Below, in pieces: positions 47,480 to 55,775 of a stretch of 64,000 bases of DNA. The notes under the pieces were generated by a model. That model did no database searches. It saw nothing but the letters and a program-made list of their open reading frames with translations, and was not told the origin of the DNA. The stretch's first letter is position 1. The number at the start of each line of letters is the position of its first letter. Position numbers and translations under genes: made by a program. This DNA comes from Candidatus Latescibacterota bacterium (GTDB lineage: Bacteria > Latescibacterota > UBA2968 > GCA-2709665). Location of the stretch: contig OZ220733.1 in the NCBI GenBank assembly GCA_965116875.1, positions 2,720,001 to 2,784,000 on the forward strand, given 5' to 3'.

Positions 47480-49912
47480 ATGCGTTCGAACCGTATGAAC
47501 ACCGTCCTGAAAGGGTGCGGTGGATGGGCGTTCGCAGCAGTCCTGGCGATATGCTGGTCCGGACAGGTCTGGGGCCAGGCGAACCACCCCGGGTCCGCCG
47601 GCAGGGCGCCCCTGGAACGCGGGATGCTGTATACGTCCGTGACCAATCTGGGCACTCAGGGAGGCTCCATCGGCGCGGCGCTCTCGCGGTCATCCAGCAT
47701 GGTCTACCCGGCCACGGTGGGCGGCGACATCATTACAGGTGACGGTTGGGCGAGCCAGTTGCCGTTCTTCCGCGTCGACTGCAACAGCGAAGGGCGAATC
47801 GAAGCCACGTCGCACGGGGAGGGCATTGGCCTGGCGCTGCGGCTTCCATCCAGTTTCCAGGGCTCAAGAGCCTACGACAATTTCTCCAAGAACGGGTACT
47901 ACGTGGTGCTGACCGGCCCCCGTTCGGACATGCTCGACGAGATTGTGCCCATGGTGGCGGATCCTTCCATGGATGAGGAACTGCAGTACCTGGGCGGGGA
48001 GATCAGGGTGCAGCCCTCCTCCGCCGAGAATCCGGGCTTCGAATGGCGCAAGGGCGCCCCGTGGTACTACGCGCCCACCTGGAGCGAGAACCTGGCGCAG
48101 ATTCTTGAGAATGCGCCGCTGAACAGGGCCCCCGTGAGAATCAGCAACTGGTCGTGGGGGGAGTACGCGACTCCCGGACCTCCGGGCGCGCCGTCATCCC
48201 GTTCCGACGAGTGGCCCGAAGAGATAATCGTGACCAAGTGGACCACGCTTGCCGGCGTTACCTTTACGCGGCGCACGATGGCATGGAGCTACCCCGCGTG
48301 GGACGACTTCATCATTACGGAGATCGAAATCGAGAACACGGGCGACAGCGATGGCGACGGAGAGAGGGACCTGCCCGCGGAATGGCTGGATAATGTATAC
48401 GTTCCTATCATCGGCTCGTGGATGCTCACGGACGCGGGGCTGTCCCACTACAATCGCTCGGACCGCTGGCACTGGTACAACGTGGGCGGTCTGGACGACT
48501 GGATCGTCTATACCGAAAATGCCGGTTATTCCGGTCCTGCCAGGGGGCTGAAAATGATCGTGGACTGGGACGGCGACAGTCCGGAGTTTCCCTGGGACGA
48601 TACGGGCGATCCCGTAAACCGGCTGATTATTTCGCCCTCTTGCGATACGGGCCGCAAGGACGGTGAATTCACCTCGTACCAGTATATGGGCTTCGGACCG
48701 CTGGCGTATGAGGACGGCGGGGACTGGGGATTCAATACCAGGGACGCGGGCAAGTATGCCCAGCCCCAGGGCGACCAGCCTCACGCAGTACGCTTCTGGC
48801 GGATCGAAAGCACCACCGTGTCCGCGGACCCCCGGCCGGGGGCTCACGACCGTGAGACCATGTTCAATATGATCGCGGAAGCGGGCTTTCAGGCCAATCC
48901 CAGCGAAATCGGCGTGTTCTACAGCGCCCAGACCTTCGGGCCGTATTCACTTGGACCCGGCGACAAGGCCAAGCTGGTGGTGGCATGGGTGGGCGGCTCG
49001 GGCGCCGGAGAGAGCGACCTCTACACATGGACGCGGTCGCACCTGTATGACTTCGACGGTCTGAAGAAGGGCGAAGAATGGATGGTCGAGTTTTTCAAGC
49101 GCGCGAAGTGGGCTTATGACAATGAATACGACGTGCCGGATTCGCCGCCGGACGTGTACGTGGACGTCACAAACAGCCCGGACGCGCAGAACCTGCTCAC
49201 GTGGAACTCGGCGGACGGCGCGATGAACCCGGACTATATAGGAGCGGAGGCGCAGGACGTGGCGGGTTACCGCATCTACCGCTCCGAGTGGAACCCGGAC
49301 GGGCCCTGGACGAGAGTCGGCGAGGTCCCGGCCGGGACGCATACGTTTACGGACGTTGAGTCGGTAGCCGGGTTTAATTACTGGTACTCGGTAAGGCCGT
49401 TTGCAAACGGCCACGAGGACTGGGTGGGACGCGTGGGCACGATGGCCACGCTCCCCGCCATGGTGCAGGCGCAGGTAATGGCCGGCCTCGAAGGCGGCCA
49501 GTGGGCACGGTCCCAGCGCAAGCCGCCGTTCTTCAGTCCGAAGCAGCCCGCGGTTGGCGAGACCGAGGCGTTGGGCCGGGAAGTCTTCGTGGTACCCAAT
49601 CCCTTCCGCGTTGGCGACGCCAATCTGCAGTACCCGGGCAAACCGCAGATCCGGTTCGTGAACGTGCCGAGCAAGGCCTGGATCTACGTGTTCAACAGCG
49701 CCGGCGACATGGTCGGAAAGATCCTCCACGACGACCGCACGGATGCGCCCGACGATCCGAACGTCTGGCTGGGCGAAGCGCAGTGGGACCAGCTGGCGAT
49801 GTCGCTCGGCACGGGGTCGATTTCCGCGGGCGTCTACTTCTTCGTGGTGGAATCTCTCGTTTCCGAAAGTATGGGGAAGAAACGGATTGGAAAATTCATG
49901 GTCATCCGATAG
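47480..49912 (+). CDS. Secreted protein with an FN3-like domain and a T9SS type-A-like C-terminal domain
   Basis: Signal peptide; PDSPP...LTW...GYRIYRS...FTD...YWYSV; tail VFVVPNPF...IRFVNVP....IYVFNSAGD...W...SAGVYFFVVE...GKFMVIR. Confidence 0.78.
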   Translation: MRSNRMNTVLKGCGGWAFAAVLAICWSGQVWGQANHPGSAGRAPLERGMLYTSVTNLGTQGGSIGAALSRSSSMVYPATVGGDIITGDGWASQLPFFRVDCNSEGRIEATSHGEGIGLALRLPSSFQGSRAYDNFSKNGYYVVLTGPRSDMLDEIVPMVADPSMDEELQYLGGEIRVQPSSAENPGFEWRKGAPWYYAPTWSENLAQILENAPLNRAPVRISNWSWGEYATPGPPGAPSSRSDEWPEEIIVTKWTTLAGVTFTRRTMAWSYPAWDDFIITEIEIENTGDSDGDGERDLPAEWLDNVYVPIIGSWMLTDAGLSHYNRSDRWHWYNVGGLDDWIVYTENAGYSGPARGLKMIVDWDGDSPEFPWDDTGDPVNRLIISPSCDTGRKDGEFTSYQYMGFGPLAYEDGGDWGFNTRDAGKYAQPQGDQPHAVRFWRIESTTVSADPRPGAHDRETMFNMIAEAGFQANPSEIGVFYSAQTFGPYSLGPGDKAKLVVAWVGGSGAGESDLYTWTRSHLYDFDGLKKGEEWMVEFFKRAKWAYDNEYDVPDSPPDVYVDVTNSPDAQNLLTWNSADGAMNPDYIGAEAQDVAGYRIYRSEWNPDGPWTRVGEVPAGTHTFTDVESVAGFNYWYSVRPFANGHEDWVGRVGTMATLPAMVQAQVMAGLEGGQWARSQRKPPFFSPKQPAVGETEALGREVFVVPNPFRVGDANLQYPGKPQIRFVNVPSKAWIYVFNSAGDMVGKILHDDRTDAPDDPNVWLGEAQWDQLAMSLGTGSISAGVYFFVVESLVSESMGKKRIGKFMVIR

Positions 49913-49949
49913 CCGGCGTGAGGCAATCCCGGGAAGGAGCGATTAGCTT

Positions 49950-50930
49950 ATGAAGCGGATACTTTGCATGACACTGATGACCGTTCTCGTGGCCGGCGCA
50001 ATCGGGAACTCGCCCGCGGAAGCGCGGGACGTACCCGAAATCCTCAAGTCCGAGGATTTCCGGAAACTGGGACTGGCGTCGTTTCCGTGGATGAAAGTAA
50101 CCCAGTCCTCGCGAGCGGCGGCTATGGGAGACGCGTTTACGGCCATATCGAACGACATCAACGCGATCTTTTTCAACCCGGCCGGCCTGGTTCACCTGAA
50201 GCGTTTCGGGTACCAGCTTTCCCACACCCGGTGGCTGGTCGACACGGGGTTCTACAGCGGCGCGTTTGCATACCGGACGGGCTGGGGCGTTCTGGGCGCC
50301 AGCGTGTTGAACTACGACGTGGGCGATATGCCGGTACGGACCATATTCAACCCCGAGGGCACGGGAGAGATGATCAAGGGCGGCGGGACCTCCGTGGGCC
50401 TGGCCTATGCGTTTCAGGCAACCGACAAGCTGGGCTTGGGAATCCGGGTGGTATATATCTCGGAGACCCTGCACGTCGACAACATGACCTCCCTCGTTCT
50501 GGACGCCGGCACCCACTTTTACACGGGCTTCAGGAGTTCGCGAATTGCCCTGGCCATGCGGAATTTCGGGCCGGATACCAAGGTGCTGGCGGAAGACCAG
50601 AAATTCCTGATGCCGATGAATTTCGATATCGGCGTGGCCATGGAGCTCTTTGGCGAGATGGACGAGCCGAATTACCTGACGGTTTCTTTCGAGAGTTCCT
50701 ACCAGGTGGACTACGAACAGCGGTGGCAGATCGGCAGTGAGCTCTGGCTATCCAACGCGGTAGCCCTGCGCGCCGGCTACAAGTTCAATCACGACCTGGA
50801 AACGTACAGCTTCGGCGCGGGATTCAAGGGCGATTTTGGCGGCCGGACGGTGCTGGTTGACGTCGCCTATACAGACGTCGGCGAGTTGCTGGATGCACCC
50901 ATTCGGTTCAGCATTGGCGGCGCGTTTTAA
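49950..50930 (+). CDS. PorV/PorQ-family outer-membrane barrel
   Basis: SRAAAMGDAFTAISND.NAIFFNPAGL, SHTRW, ALRAGY, terminal F. Confidence 0.88.
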   Translation: MKRILCMTLMTVLVAGAIGNSPAEARDVPEILKSEDFRKLGLASFPWMKVTQSSRAAAMGDAFTAISNDINAIFFNPAGLVHLKRFGYQLSHTRWLVDTGFYSGAFAYRTGWGVLGASVLNYDVGDMPVRTIFNPEGTGEMIKGGGTSVGLAYAFQATDKLGLGIRVVYISETLHVDNMTSLVLDAGTHFYTGFRSSRIALAMRNFGPDTKVLAEDQKFLMPMNFDIGVAMELFGEMDEPNYLTVSFESSYQVDYEQRWQIGSELWLSNAVALRAGYKFNHDLETYSFGAGFKGDFGGRTVLVDVAYTDVGELLDAPIRFSIGGAF

Positions 50931-51131
50931 TCTCGGATACCTGGGCGGTCCCAACCCGGGCCGCTCATTGTAAACAGCGCTAACGGCGGCGCAATGTGTC
51001 TCCGGCCGGGTCGGCGGGAAGGGGCATTGGCCGCCGTTTTGTTATCGGTGCCCGGATCGGCAGCGAGAGAAGCAGGGCGGGCACAAAGGGACAAACCGGA
51101 CATTTGCCTTCGACCCGGCGTAAGGCGGCCC

Positions 51132-52019
51132 ATGCGTGCCATCGGCTTTTTCTGCTTTTGTCTGATTTGGTGGGGCGTTCTGGCCTGTGGTGGCGCGGAT
51201 GAGCCGCCCACGGGCGCCGTGGAGGAATTCGACCCAGGTAAGGATCGGCCCCTTCCGGTGGGTCTGGTGCGGCTTTTCCGCGGCGTTGAGATGGTTCGGG
51301 TGCCCTCGGGTCACTTCACGATGGGCATGGAGCGCGGCCCGGGGGACCAGCAGCCGGCGCGGGAGGTGTACCTGAGCGCATTCTACATAGACCGGTATGA
51401 AGTGACCAATGCCCTGTATTTCCAGTTCTGGGCCGCTCCGGACGGCGGCAACCGCGAACGGCATACACCGGCCAGCCATGGGTCCACGAACGGTATTGGC
51501 GACTGGCCGGACCGGGCGGAAACCAGGCCGGATTTTCCGGTCGTGGGGATCGACTGGTTCGACGCGGCCGCCTACTGCGCCTGGCGTGGAGCCAGGTTGC
51601 CGACCGAAGCGGAGTGGGAGAAGACCGCGCGCGGAGACGAGGCGAGGGAGCCCTATCCGTGGAACAAGGGGTTGAACGGTTCCCGGGCGAATTACCGGGA
51701 CGGCGACGACGGGTACGACAATACCCTGGCGCCGGTGGGAAATTACCCGGAGGGGGTCAGTTTTTACGGTGCAATGGACCTGGTGGGAAACGTGTGGGAG
51801 TGGTGTGCGGACTACTACGATGCCGAATATTACAAAGTGAGTGCAACCATCGGACCAACGGGACCGGATCAGGGCAAATTCCGGGTACTTCGGGGCGGGT
51901 CCTGGCGGACCGCCGCGGGGCAGGATCCGAACAAGCTCAGCATCACTTTTCGCAGCTGGTCCGATCCTTCGGGAGCCACGGACGGATGGGGCGTCCGTTG
52001 CGCAAGGGACGTAAACTGA
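51132..52019 (+). CDS. FGE-sulfatase (SUMF1) fold lipoprotein
   Basis: Lipobox VLAC; F.MG, IDRYEVTN, PVVG..W.DA.AYC.W.G.RLPTEAEWEK, GNVWEW, RGGSW, GVRC. Confidence 0.9.
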   Translation: MRAIGFFCFCLIWWGVLACGGADEPPTGAVEEFDPGKDRPLPVGLVRLFRGVEMVRVPSGHFTMGMERGPGDQQPAREVYLSAFYIDRYEVTNALYFQFWAAPDGGNRERHTPASHGSTNGIGDWPDRAETRPDFPVVGIDWFDAAAYCAWRGARLPTEAEWEKTARGDEAREPYPWNKGLNGSRANYRDGDDGYDNTLAPVGNYPEGVSFYGAMDLVGNVWEWCADYYDAEYYKVSATIGPTGPDQGKFRVLRGGSWRTAAGQDPNKLSITFRSWSDPSGATDGWGVRCARDVN

Positions 52020-52021
52020 GC

Positions 52022-52882
52022 ATGCGCCGGTGCAAGCGGTGGCACGGCGCCTGGTATGTTCTCCTCCTGTGCGCAGGGTGCAGCGGAGGAGAGTCCCTCC
52101 TGGACGAACTGCCCGAGGGGGTCTTCCTGGACCGCACGCCGGCGGGTACCGTGGACACGATGCTGGTCGTAAACGCAGGCGATTTCCTGATGGGCACGAA
52201 TCAGGGTTTCGACCCCGAGGGCCCGGCGCATGTTGTTTATCTCTATTCCTATTATATAGACAAATACGAGGTGACCAACGCACAGTTTCGGGCGTATGTG
52301 CGCGTGACGGGAGCATCGTTGCCGTCTGAATCCGGAAACCCGTTATTTTCCGGAGACCGCCAGCCGGTCGTGGGGGTGACGTGGACGGAAGCGGATGCCT
52401 ATTGCAGGTGGCGGGGTGGACGCCTGCCCACGGAGGCGGAGTGGGAAAAGGCGGCTCGTGGAGCGGACGGACGCACCTACCCCTGGGGTGAGGCAGCGCC
52501 CGGCGCCGACTACGCAATCATGGATCTGGGCGGCAGGTGCGGCCGCACCAACTGGGCGAATCCTTCCGCCGGTCCGGTGCCGGGCGAGTTTTGCAAAACA
52601 CGGCCGGTGGGTTCCAGACCCAGAGGCGCGAGCCCTTACGGGTTGCTGGACATGGCGGGCAACGCCTGGGAGTGGTGCAACGACTGGTACGACGACACGT
52701 ACTACGGTCGCAGTCCCCGGGAAGATCCATCCGGCCCTGCGACTGGGACGTTTCGCGTTGTCAGAGGCAGTTCGTGGCACCACCTGCCCCATTACCTGAA
52801 GACATCCGCCCGGTTCAGATTCTATCCGGACCAGAAGGGCAATTTCATTGGTTTTCGCTGTGCTCGGGACGTACGTCCATAG
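52022..52882 (+). CDS. FGE-sulfatase (SUMF1) fold lipoprotein, second copy
   Basis: Lipobox-like CAGC; IDKYEVTN, RLPTEAEWEKAARG.DGR.YPWG, DMAGNAWEW, GFRC. Confidence 0.9.
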   Translation: MRRCKRWHGAWYVLLLCAGCSGGESLLDELPEGVFLDRTPAGTVDTMLVVNAGDFLMGTNQGFDPEGPAHVVYLYSYYIDKYEVTNAQFRAYVRVTGASLPSESGNPLFSGDRQPVVGVTWTEADAYCRWRGGRLPTEAEWEKAARGADGRTYPWGEAAPGADYAIMDLGGRCGRTNWANPSAGPVPGEFCKTRPVGSRPRGASPYGLLDMAGNAWEWCNDWYDDTYYGRSPREDPSGPATGTFRVVRGSSWHHLPHYLKTSARFRFYPDQKGNFIGFRCARDVRP

Positions 52883-54029
52883 CCTCTGCGACGGCTCGGT
52901 GGGCCGCACGCTGTGGCAGGGAATGCTGGTGGTCTGCGTTTCGTCCGCCCAACCTCTGGTGGCGAGCGACGTGGGGTTCGCCCTGGAGGACAGCGTTACT
53001 GCCAGGTTGAACGACGCGATCGGACTGACCTCAGGGACGACGGCGGGATTCGGGATGGGGGCGACTCAACGCGCATATCCGCCATTTGCCGAAGCCGCCA
53101 GGCGTGTGGCTGACAGCAGAGGTCAGAGCGGGGCGAAATGGAACCTGACCCGTCCTGCGATCGCTTTCGCGGTCGCGCGGCTCCGGGATGCGCTGGCGAC
53201 CGCCCCTGAATTCGCAGCGGCTCACTACCTGCTGGGCCTGATGGAAGCACGGCAGAGAAAGTACGGCGACGCGCTGGCGGCATACCGGCGGGCGGCCGGG
53301 GCGGGGCCACCCTTTTCCAAAGATCCCATGAAGGCGCTGTTCCTGGGGGCCGTCGCCCGCTGCCAGGCCGCGGCGCAGCAGGTTGCGAAGGGCACCCAGT
53401 TTCTGGACAGGGGAAAGGTCGAGGAGGCGGGAACGGCCTATGCAGAGGCCGTTGCGCTGATGCCGGACTACGCCGAGGCGCAGGCGAACCTGGGTCTCGT
53501 CCGCATGCTCAGCGGAAATCTGGACGGGGCCGTTTCGCGGCAACTGGAGGCCATCCGTCTGGATCCTGACCTCGCCGAGGCGCATTACAATCTGGCCAAT
53601 GCATATTCCCGTCAGGGAAGGCACGAGGAGGCGGTGACCTCGTACGAGGAGGCCATCCGGCTGAAACCGGAAAGCGCGCCGTCCGACTCGGTCGTGTCGG
53701 TTGTCGACGCGAATCAGGGGGCATATACCCGATCGGTCGCCGGGTTTCAGCATGCCATGCGTTACGCGGGCCTTGCCAACGCGTATTTCAATCTCGGCGA
53801 CACCGCGGCAGCGATTGAGGCCTACCGGCACGCGGTCCGCCTTGCCCCGGACTTTGCAGACGGACACTACAATCTGGGCGTCATTCACGAACGGGAGAGG
53901 AACGCGGAGAGCGCCATCGTCCACTGGCGGGCGTATCTGAAACTTGCCCGCAACGATCCGGCACAGAAGGCATGGGTTGAAGACGCCATGGCAAGGCTGA
54001 GTCGGCTGGAAAATTCGCGAAAAGAATAA
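52848..54029 (+). CDS. TPR-repeat protein
   Basis: Repeated P..AEAHYNL(G/A)...G..EEA...Y..AIRL.P. Start uncertain. Confidence 0.88.
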   Translation: MVFAVLGTYVHSLCDGSVGRTLWQGMLVVCVSSAQPLVASDVGFALEDSVTARLNDAIGLTSGTTAGFGMGATQRAYPPFAEAARRVADSRGQSGAKWNLTRPAIAFAVARLRDALATAPEFAAAHYLLGLMEARQRKYGDALAAYRRAAGAGPPFSKDPMKALFLGAVARCQAAAQQVAKGTQFLDRGKVEEAGTAYAEAVALMPDYAEAQANLGLVRMLSGNLDGAVSRQLEAIRLDPDLAEAHYNLANAYSRQGRHEEAVTSYEEAIRLKPESAPSDSVVSVVDANQGAYTRSVAGFQHAMRYAGLANAYFNLGDTAAAIEAYRHAVRLAPDFADGHYNLGVIHERERNAESAIVHWRAYLKLARNDPAQKAWVEDAMARLSRLENSRKE

Positions 54030-55759
54030 TGCGCTTCGGTATGATATGGACAGGTCTCGTGTTTCTCACGAGCCTGGTGGGGAAATGCCCCGCGCAGGGC
54101 GTGACGTTCAGGGACGTGACCGTGGCGGCCGGGATCGGATTCATCCACGACAACGGCGGGTCCGGCAGGGAATATATGCCGGAAACGATGGGGTCCGGGT
54201 GCGCGTTCCGGGACTTTGACGACGATGGGGATGCGGATATTCTATTGATCAACGCCTCCCCGCTCCACGAAGACGCATCAGAACGGCAATCCACGATGGC
54301 GCTCTATCGCAACGATGGAAGCGGGCGCTTTTCGGACGTGACGGCCCTGGCCGGTCTCAAGCAGCCGCTCTACGGGATGGGAAGCGCGGCAGCCGATTAT
54401 GACAATGACGGGGACATCGACCTGTACGTGGCATGTCTGGGCGCCAACCGGCTTTACCGGAATCAGGGAAACGGACGGTTCGAGGACGTCACGGCAGAGA
54501 TGGGGGTGGGTGACTCCACGTGGAGCGTCTGCGCGGTATGGCTGGACTACGACCGGGATGGGGACCTTGACCTTTTCGTGGGAAACTACGTACAGTGGAC
54601 CGCGGAACGGGATGACTGGCTGTCTGCGCGTTCCAACGCCCGATCCTACGCGCCGCAGCTGTACGACCCCGAGTACTCGCGGCTCTACCGCAACGACGGC
54701 AGACGGTTTGTGGACGTCACAGCCGAATCCGGAATCGGCCGAAAACCCGGGAAAGGCATGTCGGCGGTCGCGCTGGATTACAACGGGGACGGATGGCCGG
54801 ATATTCTGATGTCGAACGACACCATGCCCGACTATCTCTACCGCAACAACGGGGACGGCACGTTTACAGAGGATGGCCTGCTGGCGGGCATTGCGTACAG
54901 CGCCGCCGGAGAGGCGAAGTCGGGCATGGGAGTCGACGCGGGAGACGTCCGCAACGCCGGCAGGGAGGACGTGGCCATCGGGAACTTCTCCTACGAAATG
55001 ATTTCCCTGTTTCAGAACCAGGACGGGGCATACTTTACGGACCGGACCCTGCCTTCCGGCGTGGGCCACCCGAGTGCGCCGTTCGTCACGTTCGGGATCT
55101 TCTTCTTCGACTACGATCTGGACGGCCGCCAGGATCTCTTTGCGGCAAACGGACACGTGGACAGCCGGATCCGCCAGACCAGACCCCATCTCAGCTACGC
55201 CCAGCGACCGTTACTCTACCGGAACGAGGGCGACGGCAGCTTCAGGGAAGTTGGCGCCCGATGCGGCGATCTGGCCGATCCCCTGGTTGGGCGCGGCGCC
55301 GCGTATGCGGACTATGACGGCGACGGCGACCTGGATGTCCTGGTAGCCACAAACAACGGTCGCCCCGCGCTCTATCGCAATGAAGGAGGGAACCGGAACC
55401 GTTCCCTGAGGGTAAAACTGATCGGAGGCGGTGCTCCACCGGACGACAGGTACCGCAAGCCGGATGGAGGGGCGACCTGGTCCAACCGGGACGGGATTGG
55501 CGCGAAGGTTCGGCTGCGTTCCGGGGAGTTGACGCAGACGCGTTCCGTCAGGGCGGGATCGAGCTATTGTTCGCAGAGTGAGCTGATATTAACATTCGGC
55601 CTGTCGGGCGCGAGGGCCGCCGACGAGGTTGAGGTGGTCTGGCCTTCCGGTCGGATAGAACGAATCAACAACATTACAGCCGGGCAGACGGTAACCGTTC
55701 GGGAGGGACGGGGAATTGTTGCCGGAACGCCGCTGACAGACGTACCGTCGGCGGACTGA
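54029..55759 (+). CDS. CRTAC1-like FG-GAP repeat protein with an ASPIC/UnbV domain
   Basis: Many DYDNDGD.DL...LYRN.G.G.F.DVT repeats; NRDGIGAKV, SYCSQS, FGL, VWPSG. Confidence 0.93.
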   Translation: MRFGMIWTGLVFLTSLVGKCPAQGVTFRDVTVAAGIGFIHDNGGSGREYMPETMGSGCAFRDFDDDGDADILLINASPLHEDASERQSTMALYRNDGSGRFSDVTALAGLKQPLYGMGSAAADYDNDGDIDLYVACLGANRLYRNQGNGRFEDVTAEMGVGDSTWSVCAVWLDYDRDGDLDLFVGNYVQWTAERDDWLSARSNARSYAPQLYDPEYSRLYRNDGRRFVDVTAESGIGRKPGKGMSAVALDYNGDGWPDILMSNDTMPDYLYRNNGDGTFTEDGLLAGIAYSAAGEAKSGMGVDAGDVRNAGREDVAIGNFSYEMISLFQNQDGAYFTDRTLPSGVGHPSAPFVTFGIFFFDYDLDGRQDLFAANGHVDSRIRQTRPHLSYAQRPLLYRNEGDGSFREVGARCGDLADPLVGRGAAYADYDGDGDLDVLVATNNGRPALYRNEGGNRNRSLRVKLIGGGAPPDDRYRKPDGGATWSNRDGIGAKVRLRSGELTQTRSVRAGSSYCSQSELILTFGLSGARAADEVEVVWPSGRIERINNITAGQTVTVREGRGIVAGTPLTDVPSAD

Positions 55760-55775
55760 GACAAGGGGGCACATC

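Noticed and set aside
28146-52882. Diversity-generating retroelement (Avd-like gene plus FGE-fold targets)
   Set aside because: No reverse transcriptase and no template/variable repeat pair differing only at adenines were seen; the genes are about 23 kb apart.
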